Below, piece by piece: positions 38,001 through 50,000 of a stretch of DNA of 64,000 bases. The position numbers and the translations under genes are program-made. The notes below the pieces were generated by a model, which saw only the letters and a program-made list of their open reading frames with translations, made no database searches and was not told where the DNA came from. Each line of letters begins with the position of its first letter. Positions within the stretch are counted from its first letter, which is position 1. Source of the DNA: Yuukianura sp. NJ FZ-2021 (Eukaryota); the NCBI GenBank assembly GCA_046563655.1, contig CM102290.1:8866001-8930000 (forward strand), given 5' to 3'.

Positions 38001-41000
38001 ATAAAATAACATAAAACCGTTCTTTTTTTTATATTTCTGGCTCTGCTCCCAGGGAATTGGATTTAAAAAGAAGAAGCATAGGAAAAAAATAAGTGTGCCG
38101 ACGAGGATGTGAAATGGTTTGGTGCAGGAGTGACAGAAATATTAAAGTTAATGACCTCAATTCCCTACACTTTTCTCTTTAATTAACTTTTGAAAGGATT
38201 GCAATGGAAAGCACTATCTGTTTCATGCGTGTGTGGTCACTTGATGTTCTTAAAAATTAACTTTTTCCAATTTTAAAATACTTTAGAAATCAAAATTTTC
38301 ATTGGGTTTGGACTTCGACCAGAGTTAGATTTTGACTCTCTGGCGATGGAAAGAGTTTTAAATTTTTGGTTTTGCTGTGTTCATTAATTCAAAACGGAGA
38401 TTTTATTGCATATTAAAAGTTGTTAACGCGCAGAAGTAAATCAATCATGCGCCCGTACATGATGTTGCCGTGAAGTTTTAGTACAAAAAAAATTGTTGAC
38501 TTCAACTCTGTTGATTTCTTGTTTAGCTGAGGGACGAGCATTAGTCGTGTAATGAGTAATAAGTGTATAGAGGGAACTTTTATTATTGCCGAAACCGAAA
38601 GCTCCTTTGTACTGCCTATAGTGAAGTTGTTGAGCAAAGGCAGGCAACTTCCACAGTAGCACTTTGTATTTGAAAATGGAAAAAGTTGGTGCATGAAAAT
38701 CAATAAAAAAAAACTTTTTCATTTTGTAGTTACAGTTACTATTAAGGTTGGACCATTTTCCTCGAATAATCAATAACTTTCTAAAAACTACTCAAATTTA
38801 AAATTCTCTCCTATTTGGCACAAGGGATTTGTGATTTTTCTTATTCCGATGGCATTTGTGCCAATTTCTTTGCTACGATTCATTTGTGTTTTAATGAAGA
38901 GAATTTCTTTAATGGCAAGGCACAACTTTTTTGAAGTTGCACAACAATCAACTCAAAAGTTGGTCAAAAACATGTTTTGTTTGTCATTATTTAACGGCAA
39001 TAAAAATGCGAATAGGCATTTTTTGTAACTTTGGACTAACAATGCCACCATAGTTTGAATTAATGAATTTGAGATTTAGTTCGATTTAAGTGGAATTTGG
39101 CAGCGTTGGTTTTGGCAGGACTCTGGACTGTAGAGGTTATATTGTTAGTTGCACTATGTTATGTGACATTGCCATTTTAAGTTTAGGGCTAAAGAGGCAC
39201 CTTTACCTTTATTTTTCGTTCCTGCTTAACTTTTGTCATTTTTGTTTCCTACATTTCAAATTTTGCCTCAAAATCTAATGGAATGTGTTTTATTTTCAGT
39301 TTTCAGGATGTTTGGGACATCATGGTCCATACTCCTTCTACAAATACGTCAAGATCGACGGTAGAGTTTTGGCACTGTCATCTTTCTTTCCCGTCAGGAT
39401 TTTTCCTGATTCAGCAATTTTCAGCATTGCAGAAGTACAGCTACTCTGGTCAGATCGTGCAGAAAATTTTGTGAGTCTCCGACTCTACTTCTTACCTGAG
39501 AATACACCAGAAGGACGTCTCAGACACCACGGAGAGGTAAGGTGTCATGTTGAATCTCTCTCAACTCACACTTCCTAATTACATCTGTAATGATCAATTA
39601 CTTTCGCTCTTTCGCCTGTATTCATCTAACGTTTGATCCATCTCCTCTCAAACGTAAGCGTAAGAGTCAATTTACTCTTACTAATGCAATATTTACCTGG
39701 ATTTTTGTTTACTATGACCTATATTTTCATTTTCCACTACAATGTGCATTTTTTTTACAATTCGCAATTTGCACAGCAGCACTGGTACGGGAGGCATGTT
39801 AAATAAGCAGGGTAATGACATGGTGGCAACTGTAATAATAATGACAACTTTCTTGAATGTGTCTGCCAACTTGTATCAATTGTCCATTTTGAAATGTACC
39901 ATTTCAAATGTTATTATTGTCAAAGGCAGAAGTGAATGCTAAATTGAGAATCATCTGTTTCAAGTTTCTACGAATTTTGCAAAAGAAGGATGGAGGAGAT
40001 GACGCATGTTTAAGTTTAAAAAATAGCTGTAACTTCTTGCAACATTTTGGTGTGAATCATTGTCAAGTCACAGGATTCAGTGCAAACTATTTTTTATTGA
40101 GCCTGAAGCCACGAAAATTGGCAGTTGACAATGTTTAGACTAATTAAAATAGACGAAATGATTTTGTTCCATGTCGTAACTAACTCAAAGTTCAAGTGAA
40201 GCGAGACGGAGGGGTTTACGTTGAGCCTGGTGTTGTGGGAGATGCGTTGGATTGTGATCTCGACATCCGATGAGGAAGCTCTTAGCCTTTCTTCTATTCT
40301 TTTGTAGGTTTTCATTTTGCATTATTAAAGAAAGAGCGTCTTCATTGCCCATTAGCTGGAAGGAATGAATTTGAAGCGCTCAATTCAAAGGCAGAGGAAA
40401 GGAACGTTGTTTTGGGAAGATGTTTGGACGGGGGAGGCTGTTTTTGGAAGAAAGTCTAAATATGAGTGAGGGAAGAGTAGGGAATGCATTTTAGCAGGGG
40501 AACGTAAAATGCTTTCTTAGATCCCCTTCGTCCTAATGCAATCCAATGTCGTTGTACAGATCGATTTTGAGAGGTTCAAACCAAAGCGGGGGTAGCCAGG
40601 CCTCGAGTTCCCGCCGCTGGTCCATGTCGTAGCCAAAGATGATTTTAAATTAAGCGGAAGTTTTGCTCTTGTTCCAAATGTTGCTAGGCACCAAGGGGTA
40701 AAAGCTACGACTGTTTGGTTTTTGAGTTTCAACTGCCAAACAGCAGATTTGGACTGTGAGTGTGCTGTAGTCAGGTCCTGCTAACCTCGCATAATATTCT
40801 TTTCAAAAATGGAATTGAGCAAAAAAAATTTGGCAGTGACCCTAGGCTTTGATCTCGAAGGAATTTTACACAGATGCTGGGGGTTGAGGAAAAAATTCCA
40901 GTGATTGTTGTTAACCAAAGTGGTTTGGAAAATTTATGGATAAAAGTGTAAAAAATTTTAAGGTTTTTGGATGACATCACACTTTTTTCTTGTCAAACTT

Positions 41001-44000
41001 TGGACTTTTTTGTTTATGATTATATTTTTGAGTACTGTCATTTTCTAATTTTAAGTTTGTATCAGTTCAACTCTGTAGTGCTAATCATCATTACTTTTGT
41101 GTGAGTAATCAGTTGTGTCGTTTTTATCATTTGAATGGAAGGCGAAAGTTTGCCAAGAATTGTCAAAGTAAAGGTTAGGTAATAATGCAGGCTGCTATAA
41201 GTTACTGCTTACATGCATATGTACAAAATGTATATTATAATAATACTAAAACTTAGAAATTATAATCCAAAATTTGGTATTTAATTTTTAATTTTGTTTA
41301 TGCTGTTGATACTTCAAAAGCGAAATGAGTCACAAGTTCTGAAATACCTCCTAAATCCGAACGAGATGAAAGATAAAGAGAAAGCCTGGTACCGTAAAGT
41401 TTCTAATAATCCTTCCCTGAAGAAACTATGCCAATTTGAAGCGTACAATCCATAATGTGTTCCCTCCCTAATTCAAGCTTTACAGTATTCCGCCTTTGGG
41501 TGAAAGGACGCCAACTCGTTCGGATTTAGCAGGTTGAACTTTATTTTTTAACATGTTATCTAAAATTATTTAGAAAATGCATCAATTTATTTACTTGAAG
41601 GATGTGTGTAGGACGGAAATGGGGCAGTAGGTTTTTGTACTTTGTGACAATGGGAGCAACATGCTAAGCATTCTTATACTAATACTACCATATAAGTAAG
41701 GTATATGAGGCGCATCTTATGCTAAAAGATGTTTAAATGAAAATTCTGTAAGGAGATGAAACTTCTTGGTATGCATTTGAATACTTATAAGGGAAAAAAG
41801 CAGCGGATCAAGTCCGCATGGGATGTGGTAGAAGATGAAAAAAATCTAAGTACTTTGCGTCTCTTTTCCATTTCATCTTCTTTTGTCGTCGTTGAGTAAT
41901 TTTTGGACATTGAAGGAAAGGACGTTGGTTGACTTGACTTGGTTGATTTAGAATCTGGTGCCGTTTCCCCCAGTCGTGCTGAAGATACAGATTTAATGCA
42001 ACGAACGGAAAACTTTTTTACCAACTTTTTTCGAATGCCATTTCGTTTTTTTTTCTCTCCTTCCTAATTTCTTTCTAGTCCAAGTTTAGAAAAGAAAACA
42101 ACAAAACATTGGAAACGGAGATTCATTTTCTCCTTACATTTTTTTTCTCCTCTCTTTTTTCTTTGGAGTGGAGAAAGGCATGTCTTTTGTGTTTCGGATG
42201 GTAAAAGCCTTATAAGAGTTTCTGGATTTTGGTTCTTCTGTGCTACCACATGAGTTATAACAAACAGTTTACTTTTCCTGTTTTAGAACAAAATATTCCC
42301 ATTCTTCCTTTTTTGAACCTCCGTCTTCGCTCTTTTTCTCTGCCTTGGCTCTTCTTGGAAACTGAAAAAAAACGGAGAAGAAAGTTTCTGAGAAACACTT
42401 TCTGCCAAACTTTTCATTTCATTTCCTCGAAAAAAAAAAGTAGCAGGCAAAAGGATAAGTAATTCATGTACTAAAGGAAAGGAATTGAATTTAAATGGAA
42501 TCGATACGAATTGTCTGACCTATTTAGTTAGAAATTTCTTTTGTTCTGGTTCTATTGACTGTGAAAATCTACTTATTTCGTAATGGGTTACCGTTTTTTT
42601 TTTCACATTGGGACCTCAAATTGACAAATTTCGAAAACGTTGAGGCTTCAACTTTGCAGCTTAGTTTGAAATGGAAATTGGAGGAGTCGAATTTTAAGTA
42701 AATGAGTAACGCCAGTGTGAAGTTAGATTAAAATAATTTGAGATTGTAAGTTTGTGGCTAAAAGTTCTTTGGAAATAAGTCGTGTTTAAAGTAAGTTACA
42801 AAGTTTTTTGTTTCTTTTTATCACTTTACCACTTTTTGAGTATTTGAAAAGCTGTTTATACATTTTCTTTGAATAGGCTGAATTACGATATGACTTGAAA
42901 TAACCTAAGCTAACCATTTCCATTGTCTTTCAATCTTTAAAAAAAATAAGAGGAAAGTTTTTTTTTCAGTTTTTTATGAAATTCAAGGCAGTGGATGTGG
43001 GGATTTTGACGGAGGTAGGGTGGAGGGTATGGGATTTGATGATGTCAGAAGATGTATAGGAAACGGACGAAGCGAGCGCCTAGAAAAGCACCGAATTGTA
43101 GGACATGACAACTTTGAAATTTTTTTTCCCAGAACCAAAAAGTCTTTGTTATAACTGCAAGGCCCTTTATTCTTTTGTTGTTGTTAGTCTATGCTATGTT
43201 GCAGTGAAAAATAATTGAAAGAACCCCTCTCTTTTCCTTCTGAACTCAAATAACGCTTTAGTTAAGAACAACGTTAGGAAATAAACTCCTTTTTTGAAGG
43301 AGGATGCAGGTTAGTATTCTGTTTTAACAATGCAATGTACAATTGACGAAGGAGGGGAGAAAAAAAAAACAAAACTAAAAGTCAAAAAATATTTCAGTTT
43401 CTGTGGATTTTTTGTTGATGTAAAAAATCGACAGGGTTGGTACAGGTATTGTAATTATCAATTTGAAATAAATTTGGGTAACTTGAACTTTGTTTTTATT
43501 GCGGCATTAATTCAAATGAGGTCATTGACCTGAGGCATGAGTTTATGAGTTTCATGTCAAAAGTGAAGTGTGAACTGTTCAAGTATCGAGTCAGCAACAA
43601 GCATTTACATAAGTGGAAGTAATAAGAATAATATGAAGTGGTTTTGCCTGTGTTTAAATGAGCTTAAGAGGTGGAACTTTATTGGATGAGAGGTTTACTA
43701 GCTTCTGGTGTAATAGTAATACAGTAAACCTCCTCATTGCGCAACTCGTTTTTTCTGCTGCATTTGACAGTGGGACATCGTAAAACTCAAATTTTATGAG
43801 ATTTTAATTGTAAACAAACCTAGACTTCGAAAGATTGAATCGATAATTTGTGTTTAAATTAAGTGCACTTAATTAGAAATTTATGTAAAAACGGAAGAAT
43901 TTTCCGTGTTGCAGAATGAGAGGTTTTACTGTAGTTCTGCACATTGTTGGTCCTAATTTGTGAAGAAGTGTACGCGTGAATTTGAAATGAAACTAAGGAT

Positions 44001-47000
44001 TTTGTGTATGTATCTTTTGTGTCGGTATGAAAATGATCTGTGTTGGAGGGAGTAACTATAGTCCTACTCTTCAACCCGCTATTTGTATTAATTTTGAGAA
44101 TAAGAAATGAGAAAAGTTTTGAGGTGGATGAGGAAGAAAGGACTTTTGGGGGGATCGATATGAGTAGGAGTGGTGGAAGCAGTTTGGACTAACTTTTTGG
44201 AGGGAACCTTTGAAAACTAACATAGCATTAGGTGAAGCTGCCTTGGCATCACCACAAGTGAAAGCAAAGTGAAAGAGAAAGCAAAAAGTATCCTTCCCCA
44301 CCAACCTTCACAGGAATAACGGCACAGTAGAAAATTTATTATGTCCAAAGTCCTATGAAATTGGAAGTTTGTCCTTCCCTCTCTTTTTTTCCTCTTTCCT
44401 AACTTAGTTTCTACGTTCTTGGAAATGGGAAAGCAAAACTTGTTATTTTATGCTTTTTTTTCCTTCTTTCTCTAAGCCCAACTTCAAAATTGTTAATGCA
44501 AAGGCACCTTCATATCTTTTTTATTTTGTAAAATGCTTTTCTTTTTAAGTGAAAGCAATTTTTTGTTTGAGTGTGAGGATAAAAAATGGATGACATGCAA
44601 TTTGTCCTCTTCGTGAACTTTCTCCGAGTGCCATGTCTACTCTTCTCTTTTTGCTTGTGTTCCAATTCTTAAAAGGCCTTCACATTTCATGTTTTTTTGT
44701 GGTGCGTTTGAGCAGGAGTGGAACGTGTTTTGATTGTGATTTGATATACGGAAGGAAGTAAAAGGAGGTTAGTGTAAGTAAATAGAATGTTAAACTCGTC
44801 CTTAGAGACGAATTCCTGTCTTTGTCAAATAATAACTTTGAGAAGGCGAAGAAAGTGAATATATATGACCTAAGCTATTGTTTTAGTGTTTAAAACTTAA
44901 AACCATGGACTGGTCATGCAACAAATTCACATTCCATGCTTTTCCTGTTTCTTCTTTGAAAAAGCCTCAAGAAGCGGTTTGTGTATGTAATGGGAAGAGA
45001 CAGAGATGATGCATTGCTGAGATACTGATCTTGCCTAGAGTCATGACTCCTGAAAAACTTGGGGTTAGAGCGCATGGGTCAACACTTTGACTTTTATACA
45101 ACTTTTTACAACAGCTTGAGCGGAATTGCAATTTGGACTAGGAATTTTAGACTTCCTTTCCCGCCCTTGTAACTTTGACTTTCTCCGTAGCTTTCTAGAA
45201 CACAGTTTTCCTCTCGTTTTTTTTCTGGGTTTTTGAATATTTCGATTTTTTTTAAATTGGTTTAAACACTTGATGGGCTTAAAACATAAAAAAAAAGTTG
45301 GCAAGTTGTTGAGTTTTTAGTCGTGTTTAAGTTTCCACCTTGTTTCATTATGTACCCCGCAAAGACATGAATATTTGAAGGCATTGTGGCAATAGAGTTG
45401 CCAACATTAGAGAGTTTGAAGGTTTTTTGTGTGACTGGTTAAAGTGGAAATTGTGTCAGTCATTGCCTGGAATAAAATTCACTGTTTAATAATTTGTTGG
45501 CAGTGGACCTAAATAGGTCAACATGCTACACAAGTGGAGGAGTGACACTTTGGGTTTGTTTGTTTATAAAGAATCAATTGTTAATTTATTGATTAAAAGG
45601 AACTAGGGGGAAAGTGGAGTCACGGCGTAATAAAAACTTTTTTTGTGCAAGGCTTCCTACTAACTTTCTGTGCTAACTTCCTCTGAGAAATTGTAAACTT
45701 TAATTATGGAACTTTGAAGTGTTGTTACTAATAATCAATTAACAGTACGAACACCTTTCTCTTTTGGGGTCAGGCATGTAGTTTAAACAGAAATGTTTGT
45801 TTTAACGGACAAACTGTAGTATGTGTTGTTTAAAATGAGGAATAGGTTGCGTGTTTTAGCAAGGCGAGACCCTGAGTAATTAAAATGAACAGTTTTGATG
45901 TCAAAAGGCGGAATATATTCTAATAAAAATTTACTTAAGTTGGAATGCAGACGAGGTCCCAATTGAACATGCCTAGATTCTCTTTTTCAAATACAAAACA
46001 ATTTAAATATTTAAACCGTAAAGTTTAAATAATTTAGAAACCACAGTTGTAAATGAAGGGGGCAATTTCGATACTAAAGTTTTTGGAATGCTGCTATGAT
46101 GTAGTTCTGTTGAACCTTTTGATTAGTCAAAGTTTGAGTAAGTGACAAAGTGACAAGTTGAAAACCTTCATAAAAAGCCTTGAATGACAACGAGTAGTGT
46201 TACTACATTTACCAAACAATGCCAGGAAGAGTGACAATCAATAATACAGGGGGATCCAAGGATTTGTGAATAATTCTAGCAAGTGGAATCTATTAATTTC
46301 AAATATGTTCTGTATTTTGTAGTATTACTCGTCACGAAGTAATGATCAGACGGAACTTGTAACGATCGCAAAGACTGTAATCTAGATTGCGGCATGAAGT
46401 TCCACATGTTACAAATTGTTTTAGGAAATGGTAACAGAATTGTTGTGATTTGATTATTTTCCTGTTTTGGAGTTAAATTGGGTCAAAGGAGAGGAAAATG
46501 GACGGAAATTGGATTTCATCTGAACTGGAGACATTTTTCTCTTTTTTTTTCTTTTGCTTTTGGCCGAACTTAGAAGTGAGTAATTGAAGTCGAAAGGTTA
46601 AACTTTGCATGGAGTCGCAAGTTGGATAAGTTGCTTTCCTTTCTGCTTGAATTCGTTCGCGGAGAAAGCAGCGGGAGAAAGTGTTCTTGGTATTAGCAAG
46701 GCTCTTGTGTCGTAAGAATCAACACAAAGTAAAGCGAAAGCAAAACGAGCCAAATTCCAAAAAAAAAAGTTGGCTAAAGTAAACATTTATTGTAATCATC
46801 CGAACTTATTAAGCATATAGATGGTTGTATCGTTCGTCTACTTCAGTTGGACCTACCAATTTAAGCCTGGATTCTTCGGATTTAGCGTTAATTTCTTTGA
46901 CGCGTTTAGGTTAGGCGCTTTTGCGTTGAGTATTTTTGAGTTGAGCCGTTTTCGGTTGGTTCATGTGACTGCTAGGATAAAGAAGTTGCTGAGATTCCTG

Positions 47001-50000
47001 TTGGCATTCTGCTGATCGATACACATAGAAGATTTGGCAGGGAAGGGAGAAAGGAAAAGGCGTTTAGTTCGTAGTTAAGCGGCGTGGAGGGGGGAGTTGT
47101 AGAAGAGAAAAGTAAAAAGAAAGTTGATAAAAAGTTTGGCCGTCTATGATGGCTTATTGATGAAAATCAAGGAAACTTTCTTCCAACAACTCCTTTCTAA
47201 CTTGAACTTTGGAAACTCTTCACTTTCCAACGAGCAGCAACCCGACCAATTCCAAAGTCCAAAGAATATTCACCACCACCTTATACAAAGTTCTTATGAT
47301 TTATTTTCCAAACGCAACTTTTGTTAAAGCATCCTAACTTCCTTTACGGCTTCAATTTCCCTAAGTTTGTCTTTTCTTTTTGTCCTTAGCCTCGGTGTTC
47401 AGTTTGCATTATATTTATATCCTGATTCACCGCATTAGCTGGAACAAAAGTAGCTAAATACTCCATCAGTTTTTTTCAAACTGGAATTGACATTTGTATA
47501 TTTTTAGAAATTAGAAGCTGTTAGTTTGTTTATTAAGTATCGTCAGATACTTATAGGGATTGTAATGGCCGTCCGTCCGTCTGTCCGTCCGACTATACTA
47601 GCCACAACATCTCTGGAACCGCTGGACCGATTTTCAATCTGTCTTCACAGATGAACTGCACATGGTCCAGGGGTGAACAAGTTGTTTCCGTTTTGACCGG
47701 AAGTGGCCAACTTCCGGGTCAAAGGTCAAGGTCAAGTACATTTTCGACGGAATTTGGACAAATGGCCTCTACAAAAGTTGTTCATTTCATTGAGGGGAAC
47801 AACTTTGCTGTAGGTGACCTTGACCTTTGACCTACGGTTCTGGAGATATAAACGATGAAAGTTGCAAAATGGCGTCGCTCATTCTACGCGCGTCTATAAC
47901 TCAGGAACCGCAGGACCGATTTTCAACCTGTCTTCGCAGATGACCTTCACATGGTACAGGGGTGACTAATCGGTCTCTGGTTTGACCGGAAGTGGCCAAT
48001 TTCCGGGTCAAAGGTCAAGGTCAAGCACATTTTTTCACGGAAATCAAAAAAATGACCCTTACAAAAGGTGTTCATCGCATTGAGACAACAACTTTGTGAC
48101 CTTGCAGCTTTTTAATGAGTAACTACAAACCAGACGACTAAAAATCAGTTTTTGGATTCACCTTAAGTGACCTCTATTGGTGTCATAGGTCAAGGTTATG
48201 CTCCATTTACATCACGGAAACGGATGGGCAGACTCGGAAGGGGAATGCGGGGATCCCATTTTGATGAGCTTGAGTGGCCTCTAGCAGGGTCAAAGGTCAA
48301 GGTCATCTTTTTTTTCCACAATTCGGGGATGGATTTTTGACGCCGCGAGGATTAATATTATTAATAATATATTAATTAATATTAATATTATATATATATT
48401 AAAATTAATTAATTTTAATATTGTATATATTAATATTAATTAATATATACATATTAATATTAATAATATTAATTAATATAATATTAGCATTAATATTAAA
48501 ATAATGCCGAATGCTCTTTGACCTCAAGTTACCTCTAACAATATCAGAGGTCTAGGTCAACAATATCCGGCGCGGGAATTCTCTATAATTGATCTGACGA
48601 TACTTATTTACATCGTCTTTGCAAGAAGTTTATTTAGTTTTGGTTTGTATTGATTAGTAAAGTGTTGATGAGTAAGGCTACGTTAAGAAGCCATAAGGAA
48701 GGATTATGTTCTGAAGACAGATACCGTATTGAAGAGTTCAAATCCGGATGAGTTGTGTTCATTGTGAAAGGTCTCGTTGATTCCGTGACCTCTTGATAGT
48801 GACTTTGTATGGAGGGACTCTGGTTGAAGGTTTAACTTTGGAACTTTAAGCTAACATTATAAAGATGGATGGTTAAGTGGTATTTTTGGACATAGGATAA
48901 GTGTAAGACGGGCCATTGCGTTTACAATGTCGCATATCGTGTGTGTAAAAGTACGGCCGGAGGTCTCCTTGTCGCTGCGATAATAGAAAGTGACATGTAT
49001 GTCAACTGCTGAGGCTGATAAGACAAATGCATCAGGTTTCTGGTCCACTTGCATTTCCAGTCACTAGTACTACTACTGCCTACGAGAGAGTTCTGTGGCA
49101 GCATTAAGCCTCGTCTGTGCTTCCCAGGAGTGTCAATTCTTCAATCTAGATACTTAAGTTAGGAACTTGGAAGTACTAAATTTGGGTGATATTATGGAAG
49201 AGAGTGAGAGAATAATTGAATTAATTCCAGGTTGTGACTGATTTGTTTTTGCAGGATGAAGTCATTGCTCTCCAGGACAAAGTGATTATACGGGCATCGG
49301 ATCTCAGTTCATGGTTAGTTGAGGAATCAGAATGGGACTGGGGCTATGTTCTGCCCAGCAGCGGACCTCCTAAGACAGAAGATGTTCCAGCCGAAACGAC
49401 CAAGTCCAACAGCATCCCAACTGGCAAGGGCCCTACAGACTCCAACCACAAGAGAGCCTTACAACGTGACAAATTTCTTAAAAACGAAAGGAATCGTGAT
49501 AGTTTCGAAAATGGTGAGGCATATTGGATTTTATTTGGAGAAGATGGTGGGCACTGTGCAAAAGTTATAGTGGATCGGTGTTTGGTGGCTGGAATTCTTA
49601 AATTGCCGGCTACCAAACTTTGTTCTACTCGTCATCACCACGTTAGAGTCTAATGCCACTCAAGTCCTTGCCAATCAATGCATTTCCCTTTGTTTTTGAC
49701 TTCTCAAGAATGGAGTGGGAAATAATTAATTTATTACAAGGAGTTTGTAGAATTAATTTTGTAGTTGAATTATTAATGAATGGCACAAAGTGAGTATTTT
49801 TTACTTAGGTGTGGGAGGTGCTAAGAGGTTTGTAGGTGTCGTATCATCCCAGAGTCAAGAACCCAATTCAATTGTTTAGTTCTCTAATGGAATTTTTGTG
49901 AGAACTGACAAAACAGGCGGGCTGAGAACAGGGAACGGGGATCACTAATCCTCTTCATCTGAAACGAAATCCTGTTCCAGCTGCTTAGCCGTATGTATGT

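Noticed and set aside
26095..49254. Dozens of 60-110 aa ORFs in the large introns
   Set aside because: Phe/Leu/Lys-rich translations typical of AT-rich noncoding DNA. No transposase, reverse transcriptase or other domain recognised, apart from the real exon at 39300.
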